NCBI GenBank assembly: GCA_965198065.1
Contig: CBDAON010000004.1
Coordinates: 1,216,001 to 1,280,000, forward strand
DNA from: Longimicrobiales bacterium
Lineage (GTDB): Bacteria > Gemmatimonadota > Gemmatimonadetes > Longimicrobiales > Gaopeijiaceae
Direction: 5' to 3'
Length of the DNA: 64,000 nt
Positions 1 to 9,307 of this stretch are shown piece after piece. The first letter of the stretch is position 1. The number at the start of each line of letters is the position of its first letter. Under the pieces are notes generated by a model, which was given only the letters and a program-made list of their open reading frames with translations, did no database searches and was not told where the DNA came from. The translations under genes were made by a program, and so were the position numbers.

Positions 1-1298
1 AAGATCGTCCCGAGCTGCGTGCGGTTCTCGAACTCCTTTACGAGGCGCGCGACGCCGAAGTTGTTTAGGGAGGCGATCGGCGTGCAGCCGCCGAGCGGAT
101 CGCATGTCTCTTCGGAGTCGGTCTGGATGTTGAGGAGTCCGACCTGGAGACCGCCCACCCTTCCGGTCAGGCGCGCGCCGCCCAGGATCGGCACGGTCGT
201 GCCGCTCACGAGTCCGATCCGCCGGCTGAAGAAGAGCTCGACGGAGCGTGCGGCGCCGACGGCGAACGTGCCAGCGTTCTCCAGGAAGAAGCCGCGCTTC
301 TCCGGGAAGAAGAGCGGGAAGCGAGTGAGGTTCACCTGCTGGTCGTCAACCTCCGCCTGCGCGAAGTCGGTGTTGACGGTGAGGTCGAGCGTGAGGCTCT
401 GGGTGATGCCCACCTTCGCATCGCCGCCCATCTGTGCGGCGCAGTCGGTCCGTCCGTCCGCCCCGAGGCAGTCGGCGGATCTCGTCGTGACCGTGTAGTC
501 GTGGAACACGTCACCGAGCACGTACGGCGTGACGATAAAGATCCGCCGTGCCGGTGCCTCGAACTGGCTGAGCGTCCCGGCGAGCGAGACGCGGGTCAGC
601 GTGTACTGGCGTGGCACGGGCGCCCACACCGCCTCCTCGTTGTTCCTGCGGATGTTGCGCGCGAAGTTGAGCCCCCACGTCTGCGGGCCACCGCGGGCGT
701 AGCGGAGGGTCGAGAAGGGGATGCGGAACTCGGCGTACCACCCCTCGGCGTCGGTGGTCGTCGCGACCTCCCAGCTCCCGTCCCAATTCAGGTTGAAGCC
801 CCCACCCGATCCGGCCTGTTGGCGTCCACCGAACGCGCCGCCGCCGCCGCCCCGGCCGCCCCCGGTGCCGCCCTCGTCCGAAACCTGTCCGTCGTACTCG
901 ATTCCGGAGGGTGTCGTCCCGAAGACAAAGCCGTTCTGCCGGTCGAGGTAGGTGTCGAAGACGATCTGGAAGGCGTCCGTGTCGTTTAGCGGTGCATCGC
1001 GGAGCGTCCGCCCCACCACGATGGCGCCCGGACTACGGTCGTAGAGCCAGGCACCGACGTAGATGGCCGACTCGTCATAGATGATCCGGACCTCGGTGTG
1101 CTCGGAGACCGGCCGCCCCTCGAACGGCTCCCGCTGCACGAAGTCCCTGATGACTTCGGCGCGCGACCATGCGGCGTCGCCCAGAACCCCGTCGATGACG
1201 GGCGGCTCCTCGACCCGCACGGCCTGGGCGGTGTAGCTGCTCGGGCCGCTTTGGGCGAGTAGGGGGATGGCGGCGGCCAGGAGGGCCGACGCGGTCAT
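1..1298 (-). CDS. Secreted/outer-membrane protein with an N-terminal CBM9-like domain and a DUF5916-like region; 3' end outside the window
   Basis: My translation from ATG 1298: signal-like N-terminus, then PPVIDGVLGDAAW...FVQREP.EG.P.SE.TEVRIIYDESAIYVGAWLYD and NTDFAQAEVDDQQVNLTRFPLFFPEKRGFFLE. The start could lie slightly upstream. Confidence 0.8.
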   Translation of the reverse strand, partial: MTASALLAAAIPLLAQSGPSSYTAQAVRVEEPPVIDGVLGDAAWSRAEVIRDFVQREPFEGRPVSEHTEVRIIYDESAIYVGAWLYDRSPGAIVVGRTLRDAPLNDTDAFQIVFDTYLDRQNGFVFGTTPSGIEYDGQVSDEGGTGGGRGGGGGAFGGRQQAGSGGGFNLNWDGSWEVATTTDAEGWYAEFRIPFSTLRYARGGPQTWGLNFARNIRRNNEEAVWAPVPRQYTLTRVSLAGTLSQFEAPARRIFIVTPYVLGDVFHDYTVTTRSADCLGADGRTDCAAQMGGDAKVGITQSLTLDLTVNTDFAQAEVDDQQVNLTRFPLFFPEKRGFFLENAGTFAVGAARSVELFFSRRIGLVSGTTVPILGGARLTGRVGGLQVGLLNIQTDSEETCDPLGGCTPIASLNNFGVARLVKEFENRTQLGTI

Positions 1299-1455
1299 GG
1301 GCGCCGCTAGGGCTCCGCCGGAGAGGAGTGCTCGCAAAGTCGTTGCTCGTTTGAGGGGAGGTGGTGAAGGAATGTAACGATAAGGGTCCGGCGCATGAGC
1401 GCCGAGCGGCACCCGCGCATGGCGGCGCCAGCGCAGCAGGCTTGACGTGACACCC

Positions 1456-2301
1456 TTAGTTGATCCGTTTATTCCCTGACTCCATGTGGTGGTTGAGGGC
1501 GAAGTCCGCAGGTGGGAGATCGCCCAGGGCGCTGTGGGGTCGGACGCGATTGTAGTCCTGCCTCCAGCGTTCGATCGTGTGCCTCGCATCCCGTAGGGAG
1601 AGGAACCAGTGGAGGTTCAGGCACTCGTCCCTGAAGCTCCCGAGGAAGCTCTCGACGAAGCAGTTCTGAATCGGCTTGCCCGGCTGTATGTATTCTATCT
1701 TGAGGTCCCGGGAGTAGGCCCAGGCGTCGAAGGCACGGCTCGTGAACTCGGAGCCGTTGTCGCAGATCACGCGCTCCGGCAAGCCGCGTTCCTCCCGAAG
1801 TCTCTCGAGCACCTCGATCACGCTCGCCGCAGGGATCGAGTGAGCGACGTGGAGTGCCAGGCACTCGCGGCTGAACTCGTCGATCACCGCGAGGCACCGG
1901 AACACTCGGCCCGTACTCAGCGTGTCCATGATGAAGTCCACGCTCCACCGCTCGTTCGGATGGCCGAGTGGGTCACGCACCGGTCGTGGTACCTGGCTCC
2001 GTCGTCTCCGACCCTTTCGCCGCACCGCGAGCCCTTCCTCGCGGTAGAGCCGGTGGATCCGCTTCCGGTTCACCAGCCATCCCTCGCGGCGCAGAAGCAC
2101 GTGGATGCGTCGGTAGCCCCAGCGAGGCCGCTCGCCCGCGAGCTCCCGGATCCTCGCACGTAACCCCTCCTGAGCTGGGCGCTCGCTTCGGTACCGGATC
2201 GTTGAACGCGGGAAGCCTGTCCAACGGACCACTCGACGCTCCGAGGCCTTCTCGGCGGCTTGCACCCTCCGGACGACCTGGCGCCGCTCCCCGGCCGTCA
2301 C
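1456..2301 (-). CDS. IS3 transposase OrfB (rve/DDE integrase core)
   Basis: WSVDF, CDNGSEF, PGKPIQNCFVESF, YNRVRPH motifs. Confidence 0.95.
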   Translation of the reverse strand: MTAGERRQVVRRVQAAEKASERRVVRWTGFPRSTIRYRSERPAQEGLRARIRELAGERPRWGYRRIHVLLRREGWLVNRKRIHRLYREEGLAVRRKGRRRRSQVPRPVRDPLGHPNERWSVDFIMDTLSTGRVFRCLAVIDEFSRECLALHVAHSIPAASVIEVLERLREERGLPERVICDNGSEFTSRAFDAWAYSRDLKIEYIQPGKPIQNCFVESFLGSFRDECLNLHWFLSLRDARHTIERWRQDYNRVRPHSALGDLPPADFALNHHMESGNKRIN

Positions 2302-2564
2302 AACTCGTTTCCCAGCAGGTCCTTCAGCACCTGAAGGTTCAGCGCCTGGTCGGCCACGATGCGCTTGAGCCGTCGGTTCTCGTCCTCAAGTGCCTTCAAC
2401 CGCCTCGCGTCACTGACCTCAAGGCCCCCGTACTTCTTCTTCCACCGATAGAACGTGTCGTGGCTGATCCCGTGGCGTCGGCATACCTCTTTCGTCGCTC
2501 CGCCCGCCTCCGCCTCCCGTAGGATCCCGATGATCTGCTCTTCCGTGAACCTACTCTTCCTCAT
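2298..2564 (-). CDS. IS3 transposase OrfA (HTH)
   Basis: MRKSRFTEEQIIGILREAEAG...TFYRWKKKYGG; GGGAAAC slippery motif just before the stop. Confidence 0.95.
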   Translation of the reverse strand: MRKSRFTEEQIIGILREAEAGGATKEVCRRHGISHDTFYRWKKKYGGLEVSDARRLKALEDENRRLKRIVADQALNLQVLKDLLGNEL

Positions 2565-3082
2565 GACTCCTCACTTACTCCGAGGAGTCAGAGAATAGCT
2601 GGCTCAGCTTCCGGGTGTCACGTCAGGCTTCCTCTGCCGAAGTCAAGCCAAGCGGCACAAGGCCTCTTGCTTCGCTGTCACCCGGATCGTACCTCGACGG
2701 GGCCGCCTCTTATCGTTGGCTGGCACCCAGACGCAGCGGGTCTCCCCACCCAGCTTTCCCTTCTCTCCGTCCCCTCGAAAGCAGCGCCGAAGCCCCCCAG
2801 GGACCGCTTCCACGGGCGGTCATCCGAGTCCGGCTTGTTCACCCACCGACCGAGAACGTAACGCGCCCGCGAGCACGGCCAGCGGAGCCCCCCCCGACTT
2901 CAGAGCGACGGGCCGCTTCCCGCCCCGGCCAACACACCGACCGAGACGGCCCAGCGCGCCCGCGTGACAGGGCGACAAAGTCCGTCATTCGTGAGACTTA
3001 TGTGAGACTCCACGGCCCTATGGTCCGAAGACAAGAAAGCCCACAACCACATAAGTGATTGCAGGACTGCATCTTCTCAAAG

Positions 3083-3124
3083 TGGAGCCAGCCGGAATCG
3101 AACCGGCGACCTCCTGCTTGCAAA
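3083..3124 (-). other. 3' half of tRNA-Ala(TGC); att-like remnant of a tRNA-targeting integrative element
   Basis: Minus strand reads TTTGCAAGCAGGAGGTCGCCGGTTCGATTCCGGCTGGCTCCA: TGC anticodon, T-loop GTTCGATTC, acceptor 3' strand with U70. No matching 5' anticodon stem or D arm upstream. Confidence 0.85.
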
Positions 3125-3440
3125 TCGCCTCCGGAAGGAGGTGAATACGGCAAGAAATCGTCTAAGTCTAACTGGGACTGCACGATCTGCCGCACTTGCC
3201 GTTAGACGATTGCTGATTCGATAGTACCGAAATAGCGGGAAAACGGCACTAAAATGGCGGGAATCTGGGTTTCGCCTCTGCTTCCCGCCTGAGCGTTGCC
3301 AAGGGGCATTGTACACTGCCCGGAGGCGGGACCGCCACGGGAGCCCACGTGAAGAGCGATACGGATATCCTCTGTCAAGGCTATCGAGTCACTCCCCTCG
3401 TGTCCCACGCGTGCCGCCCACGGCAGTCACCGCAAACCTG

Positions 3441-3930
3441 TCAGCTTCGCCCCAGCAACTCGGCGACCATCTCGTCGCGACCTCCAAGCTGGGCATGGGC
3501 GTCCGCGAGCTTAAGGAAGAGAAAATAGAACTGCAGGGGGATGCCGGTTGACGGCATATCCGGCCACACCTCCCGGTCCTTCAGTCCGCGGTAGGAGTAC
3601 ACGTCCCTTGCAAGGGTCAGAGAACGTGCGACATCGATCCACGGTCCATCGAGGCCCGGCGAGACCCGGACGAGATCGGGGAGCTCCTCCGGCGCCGTGA
3701 CCGAGAGCTTCGCAGCCAGGCCATGCCGCACCACCCGCTCCGCCAGCCCCACCTCCCGCGCAATCGCTCCTGCGCTGGCGAAGTAGATCGGCCTGTGGTC
3801 GACCGAATCCTGAATGATTACCAAGGCGATCTGCTCGCCGCGGCTAAGCTGGAATCCCTGCGGGTACTGAACCGTCAGGCGGCGGCCGAGCTGGAGCGTG
3901 GCTGGTTCCGACAGGGCTGCTTGCGCGGGC
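3441..3930 (-). pseudogene. Fragment resembling the C-terminal part of DUF2723-type membrane proteins
   Basis: IIQDSVDHRPIYFA...YSYRGL..R.VWPD; no plausible full N-terminus and the frame changes upstream. Confidence 0.4.
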
Positions 3931-4249
3931 GCTGTCGAGCTCCTCGTCTAGGCGGGTCGTGATCGGTTGCGATGGGACGGCCTGGCGGGACTCCTCGGAA
4001 CTGTCGCGGTGCGATGCCGGGCGCCGCGCCTGGCACCTTTAGGACGTTCTTGACCTGATGCAGTGGCGAGTTCGCCGCCCACAGTGTTGTTACCGGCCGT
4101 GCAAAATTGGACACTGTTGGAGTGAACCCCATCGGTTGGACACTGTGGCGGTGGGATTTAGCCAGTATGCTCGCTGGGCCAGGGAGGAGGGATGATGGCT
4201 CGGTATCGCAGCTACAGTCTGGAGTTCATGCGCGAGGTGGCGCAGCAGT

Positions 4250-4484
4250 ACCCGGTGTCGTAGAGCGGTTCACTCTACCCGCTCAAGGAGGAATGTCTGT
4301 ACCTCCACGACTTCGAGGACTTCGAGCAAGCCAGACACGAGGCCGGCCAGTTCATCGAATGCTACAACCGCGAGTGGCTCTTGGAGCGCCATGGATACCG
4401 GACCCCGGTCCAGGTCCGCGAGGAACTCACTCGGAAGGCGGCATGATTAAGCCGCCCTATTGTCCAGGGAATCGGAACCGGTTC
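4250..4484 (+). pseudogene. IS3-family OrfB 3' remnant with its right end
   Basis: LKEECLYLHDF...FIECYNREWLLERHGYRTP..RKAA*, followed by TGTCCAGGGAATCGGAACCGGTTCA. Confidence 0.75.
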
Positions 4485-4515
4485 AGGCCGGGAGCCCGGA
4501 GCGGGACCGCGTAGG

Positions 4516-4800
4516 TCAGGATTTCTGATAGAAGCGTCTTACGTGATACTCCAGAAGGTTCAAGATATCGTCGACCCCCTTGCGGAATTCGGGGCTGGGT
4601 AGTCCGTCTGACTCGGCGCTGGCTAAACGATCCCTCAGAGAACCAAATACTATCGGGGTACGTTCTTGCGCATCATTGACAATGATGAAGGCCGCGATCA
4701 ACTCAGTCAGGCAGACGAGGTGACCTAACGTCCGGCTATCCACCTCCCTAAAGTCCTCTGAGCTGAGATCGCCATAGTCTGTAGATCCGATCCTCGACAT
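4516..4800 (-). CDS. Hypothetical protein, possibly cargo of the adjacent IS1595 remnant
   Basis: 94-aa ORF, lower GC than the core genes, directly downstream of ORF 4834-5043. Confidence 0.5.
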   Translation of the reverse strand: MSRIGSTDYGDLSSEDFREVDSRTLGHLVCLTELIAAFIIVNDAQERTPIVFGSLRDRLASAESDGLPSPEFRKGVDDILNLLEYHVRRFYQKS

Positions 4801-4833
4801 TGAGATCCTTTCGATGTTGGTTCAGCAGGCGAC

Positions 4834-5043
4834 CTACCGACTGGCCAGCGTTTCCCTCAAGTCGACTCCGGTGAATTCATGTATGGAACTCCTAACGCCT
4901 TTTCTACCAGCGGCTTCGGCCAGCTTATCTAGCTCTTTTTTCGACCGTTTCCCGAATACCTTTTCGGCTAGCTTCACGTCCTCCACTTCCACATTCCGAA
5001 GCCGGTACTGATGATGATGATGCTTCGTAGGGGCCTGAGACAT
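4834..5043 (-). CDS. Small IS1595-associated antisense protein (69 aa)
   Basis: MSQAP...EKVFGKR; similar to 20138-20287 in the same register; RBS-like GGTGATGAGG upstream. Confidence 0.6.
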   Translation of the reverse strand: MSQAPTKHHHHQYRLRNVEVEDVKLAEKVFGKRSKKELDKLAEAAGRKGVRSSIHEFTGVDLRETLASR

Positions 5044-5392
5044 GAACCTCATCACCCTGCTGGATCGTTTCGCCAACGAGGACACCTGCCGGCAGCATCT
5101 GGAGGCTCTGCGCTGGCCCCAGCGATGTCGCGTGCCCCCGATGCGGAGACATGGACGTAAGCCCGAATCAAGGGCCGAGGCCAGTGGCACTGCATCGGAT
5201 GCGGCTACTGCTTCAGCGTGAAGTCCGGCACCATCATGCATGACTCGCACCTGACGCTCCGGAAGTGGTTCGCCGCGATCTACCTGCTCTGCCAGTCCGA
5301 GGAGGGCATGAGCGCCCACACCAGTCTGCACCGGACGATCGGCGTGGCCTACCGGACCGTCTGGTACCTCTGCCACCGCATCCACGAAGCAG
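5042..5392 (+). pseudogene. IS1595-family transposase, 5' remnant with frameshifts
   Basis: MNLITLLDRFANEDTCRQHLEALRWP, zinc-ribbon Cys pairs, GTIMHDSHLTLRKW, WYLCHRI; closely parallels 20286-21185. Confidence 0.85.
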
Positions 5393-5565
5393 CCGCAGCA
5401 CCACCTCCGTCTTCCGCCCTGCACTCCATCGCTCCGGCAGCTCCCCCCTTCCACGACCGTCGGTCGCTCCCCTCTCCCCGCTCTCCTGGGCCATAACCAT
5501 TCCCCTCTCTCTGGACCCCAACTCCTGTTGCCAATCTACTGTCCAGAAAAATCGGGTGCGGTAAA
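5393..5565 (-). pseudogene. IS3-family left end plus OrfA 5' remnant
   Basis: ERWSAGRKTEVVLRLLRG; terminal CTGTCCAGAAAAATCGGGTGCGGTAAA resembles the end at 4460-4484. Confidence 0.65.
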
Positions 5566-6813
5566 CCTAGGCTCTCTTCCGGTAGCGCTTGGGCGCGACG
5601 GACCTTCTCTACGTGAACCTTCTGGCCCTTCTCGGCCATTTTCTCTAACCCGGATTTCTCATGGGATGGGCGGGGGCGGGTGGTGGTCGGAGATCGTGAG
5701 GCGGACGGGGGGACAAGGACGGGAGGTCGGCGGGTAGGGCTAGCAGTCCGTGGAAAAGAGTCTTTCCTCTAGCCACTACCTAGCCACTACCGTCCCCTCA
5801 CAAATGCGTGAGTGAACGGGCGTGATGGCCCGCGGTGAGGATCAGAAAATGGCGGAGACCACCTCTTCGGATCGCCATCCCCAACCGCGGCAAGCACTTG
5901 CGCCACCCCTTGGCTATCAACTGCTGGGCGGCGCCAACGTCTGGACGATGATGAGCACGGACGAGCAGCTCGGCTACATCTACGTCCACTGGGCTCGTTT
6001 CGGATCGTTGACGCAGGACGTGGTATGGACGATTGTCCGCAGCCACGGACCGGTGCGGGCGTACGGCGTGACACCTTTCTCGGGTGAGGTGACGTTTTGA
6101 CAGCCTCGAGTACTGGACCGTGACGGTCAGCATGAAGTACTACTTCTGATCTTCCGCGACGGCGTCCGCCGATCGGTGCGGTCCGGGCGGGGAACGCATC
6201 GGCGCTGGTGGAAAACGCCTGATCTAGGCCGTGCCTGTGGAGATCGCAACGATCAGGATGGCAGTGATCGTGCGTGGTTTGGACGATCAGCCGAAGGTGG
6301 CGAACACGTTGCGGTATCGGCGTAGCGGCATCGCACCGGAGATGCTGGCCCGGAAGATCTCGGGTGGTGTCCGGCGGGCCGGTGAACCGGCACAATGAAC
6401 GGATGCTCGAGCCCGGTTTATTCGAGCAGCAGAGGGAAGACAGATGGCGCGACCACGTATTTTCGTTAGCTCAACCTTCTACGACCTACGACCTACGACA
6501 AGTGCGGGACGATCTCGAGCGTTCGATTCGCGAGTTGGGATACGAACCTGTGCGGCACGAAGAGGGCTCGGTTACCTACTCGAGCGAAGAACGCCTGGAG
6601 ACTGCCGCGTATCGAGAAGTAGAGCTGTGCGACGTCATCGTGGCTGTCGTCGGCGGACGCTTCGGCACCGAGTCTCAAGAAGAACCGGGGCACTCGATTT
6701 CGCATGTGGAGTTGAGGCGAGCGCTCGAACGAGGAATTCAGGTCTTCGTTTTCGTCGACAAGAATGTCCTGGGGGAGCATTCGACCTACAAGCTAAATAG
6801 GGCAATAACTTAC

Positions 6814-6842
6814 TTGACTAAACCAAAGAAGGCCCGTATATT
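6814..6842 (+). promoter_or_regulatory. sigma70-like transposase promoter with the -35 inside the left IR
   Basis: TTGACT-N17-TATATT. Confidence 0.7.
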
Positions 6843-6875
6843 TCGGTTGTCGAACAACCCTCTACCGAGAAGACG

Positions 6876-7850
6876 ATGGCGAACGAAAGTGAAATGAAGG
6901 CTCCAGCGACGTTCCTGCAAGCGGTCCGGTTCTTTGCCGACGAGGAAGACGCGATCCAGTTCCTCGCGGATGTCCGTTGGCCGGATGGCGAACAGGTTTG
7001 CCCGAAATGCGGTACAGTGGGTCGGCATTATTGGCTCAAGAACCAGAGGCGGTGGAGGTGTCGCGAGAAGGCGTGCCGTAGGCAGTTCTCCATCAAGGTC
7101 GGAACGATCTTCGAGGACAGCCCGATCAAACTTTCCCAATGGCTCCCCGCTGTCTGGCTACTCGTGAACTGTAAGAACGGTATTTCCAGTTATGAGCTGA
7201 GCCGTCATCTTGGCGTAACCCAGAAGACTGCTTGGTTCATGCTTCAGCGCATCCGCGAGGCCCTGCGCATAGGCTCTTTCGAGAAGATGGACGGCGAGGT
7301 GGAGGTCGATGAGACCTACATCGGCGGGAAGGCCAAGAACATGCACATCGCCAAGCGGAAACGAGTCATCCATGGGACCGGAGGACACGACAAAACCGCC
7401 GTCATGGGACTCCTTGAGCGGCCCCACAATGCCCCGCACTCTCTTGTCCGTACCCGCGTCCTCTCGGACGTGACCAAGCGGACCATGCAGGGCCACGTCC
7501 GGGACAACGTCACGGAAGGGGCGAGGCTGTTCACCGACCGGCATTGGGGCTACTACGGGCTCAAATCTGAGTACATGCACGAGGTCATCGACCACGTTCA
7601 CGAGTACGTTAGGGGCCGCGTCCATACGAACGGAATCGAGAACTTCTGGTCCCTGCTCAAGCGGACGATCGGCGGGACGTACGTGTCCATCGAGCCGTTC
7701 CACGTCACCCGCTATCTCGATGAGCAGGCATTCAGGTTCAACATGCGTGAGGATACCGATTCCGGTCGGTTCCTTACAGCCCTCGAGGGGATCATCGACA
7801 GGCGAATCAGGTACTCCGAGTTGACCGGACAGGAGTTGTGCGTTTCATGA
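6876..7850 (+). CDS. IS1595-family transposase
   Basis: RWPDG..CPKC zinc ribbon, GTIFEDS, VEVDETYIGG, HTNGIENFWS, YLDEQAFRFN. Confidence 0.96.
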   Translation: MANESEMKAPATFLQAVRFFADEEDAIQFLADVRWPDGEQVCPKCGTVGRHYWLKNQRRWRCREKACRRQFSIKVGTIFEDSPIKLSQWLPAVWLLVNCKNGISSYELSRHLGVTQKTAWFMLQRIREALRIGSFEKMDGEVEVDETYIGGKAKNMHIAKRKRVIHGTGGHDKTAVMGLLERPHNAPHSLVRTRVLSDVTKRTMQGHVRDNVTEGARLFTDRHWGYYGLKSEYMHEVIDHVHEYVRGRVHTNGIENFWSLLKRTIGGTYVSIEPFHVTRYLDEQAFRFNMREDTDSGRFLTALEGIIDRRIRYSELTGQELCVS

Positions 7851-8017
7851 GCGAAACAAAGAAGCCCACCCCCACCTCAGACGCGGACCGAAGTCCCGAG
7901 CGGGTCCGAGATCCAGGCGCGGGGTTGGAACGCATGAAGAAGGCGTTGAAGCAAATGCTCAAAGTGCCCAAGCCAGTAGGGGAGAATGCCAACAGCAAAG
8001 GGCCGGGGACGACGTGA
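7847..8017 (+). CDS. 56-aa peptide translationally coupled to the transposase
   Basis: ATGA overlap with the transposase stop, AGGAG RBS at 7831, GTGA overlap with the next gene; sequence MSETKKP...GLERMKKALKQMLKVPKP... Confidence 0.65.
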   Translation: MSETKKPTPTSDADRSPERVRDPGAGLERMKKALKQMLKVPKPVGENANSKGPGTT

Positions 8018-8760
8018 CTAACGGACCCGGCGAGTATCTCTTCAAGATCGAGGCGTTCACGCCCGAGACGATACCTATGGCACGCCTCGCTGAGTATCTG
8101 GCGGGACTAGCGGCGATCCTCGGAGAGCCGAAGTCCGTCCACCTGGTGCGGATCGAGGCAGGAAGCACGACCCTTGTACAGAAGATCGAGCACGAGGCGA
8201 TTCCTAATGTTCATGCACGGACGGAGGCCGTTCGCCTCGGAGGAGCGCCGCGCGATGCGCAGACCGCCTATCGGAGGGTGAACAAATTCCTTCGAGAGGA
8301 CAACGCGTGGGCGGTTCTGAGAAAGGGAAAGAGAGGCGCCAAGGTTCTGGAGTTTCCGGGTAGGGAGGAAGCGGAGGATGTCTTCTCCGCTGTGAACCAG
8401 GCCGGAAGTATCTCCGGCGTAGTCGTTCGCGTGGGAGGCACAGGGGACAGTATCCCGGTGCTCATGGAGTCCGAAGGTGAACCAATCGCTGGTTGCCACA
8501 CCAATAGGCACCTTGCGAAGAGCTTGGCTCACCATCTGTTCGAGCCAGTGCGCCTCGGTGGTCAGGGATATTGGATACGGGATGGTGAAGGGCGGTGGCT
8601 CCTCAAGCATTTCCGCATTGATAGCTTTGGAATGCTTGAGCCTACGACGCTAGGGAGTGCCCTGACGGAGCTTCGCGCGATTGCGGGAGAATGGGACGAG
8701 GGGGCCTATGAGGAACTAGGGGAAATCAGGGGAGGACGGTTAGCCAGTGGTAGTGATTGA
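8014..8760 (+). CDS. Uncharacterised 248-aa protein, putative partner/antitoxin of the PIN protein
   Basis: Long ORF coupled on both sides; beta-strand-rich C-terminal half. Confidence 0.75.
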   Translation: MTNGPGEYLFKIEAFTPETIPMARLAEYLAGLAAILGEPKSVHLVRIEAGSTTLVQKIEHEAIPNVHARTEAVRLGGAPRDAQTAYRRVNKFLREDNAWAVLRKGKRGAKVLEFPGREEAEDVFSAVNQAGSISGVVVRVGGTGDSIPVLMESEGEPIAGCHTNRHLAKSLAHHLFEPVRLGGQGYWIRDGEGRWLLKHFRIDSFGMLEPTTLGSALTELRAIAGEWDEGAYEELGEIRGGRLASGSD

Positions 8761-9307
8761 CGCTTCCATGCTTCTCCTACTCCTCCAACCCGGAGCCCCT
8801 GGGCCTCGGGACCCCTCCGGCAAGCCAGTTGTGGAGCCTCGGAAGCGCGTAGAATACCTCATATCCGAACTGGATCGGTCTGGCACGAAAATTGGTATTC
8901 CCACGCCCTCCCTCAGTGAGGCGCTGGTAAGAATGGCGCCAAAAGAAGCGACGGGGATCGTCGAGACGCTAAACCGCAAGGCGGTCTTCAGTATTGAGTC
9001 CTTCGACCAACGCGCCGCCATCGAAGTGGCGGTCATGCTGAGGGGCGAACTCGGCAAGAAACCACCGGAGGCCGGTGCGCAGACGTGGGCGAAGCTCAAG
9101 TTCGATCGCCAGATCGTTGCGATCGCTAAGGTCTCCGGCGCGTCGGAAATCTATTCCGACGACAAGGACATCGAGAAACTCGGGAAAAAGGTGGGCGTTC
9201 CCGTTACCCGAGTCAGCGACCTTCCTCTACCGCCCGAGCACTTGCAGACGGAATTCATGGACGAACTTGAGGCGGCACCCGAGGAGCCATCAAGCAACGA
9301 CGAATAA
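8747..9307 (+). CDS. PIN-domain (VapC-like) nuclease
   Basis: Acidic catalytic pattern VVIDAS, PTPSLSEAL, KFDRQIVAIA, IYSDDKDI. Confidence 0.82.
   Translation: MVVIDASMLLLLLQPGAPGPRDPSGKPVVEPRKRVEYLISELDRSGTKIGIPTPSLSEALVRMAPKEATGIVETLNRKAVFSIESFDQRAAIEVAVMLRGELGKKPPEAGAQTWAKLKFDRQIVAIAKVSGASEIYSDDKDIEKLGKKVGVPVTRVSDLPLPPEHLQTEFMDELEAAPEEPSSNDE

Larger units (their letters stand above)
1443..2625 (-). mobile_element. Complete IS3-family insertion sequence (1183 bp)
   Basis: Perfect 13-bp terminal IR TGACGTGACACCC (1443-1455 / 2613-2625); 4-bp TSD GGCT (1439-1442, 2626-2629); contains orfA and orfB. Confidence 0.95.

Noticed and set aside
3083..3160. Functional tRNA-Ala gene
   Set aside because: The 5' acceptor strand, D arm and 5' anticodon stem are absent.
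5822..6100. 92-aa ORF containing GGANVWTMMSTDEQLGYIYV
   Set aside because: Only a short stretch resembles PQQ-dependent dehydrogenases; likely a fragment and too weak to call.
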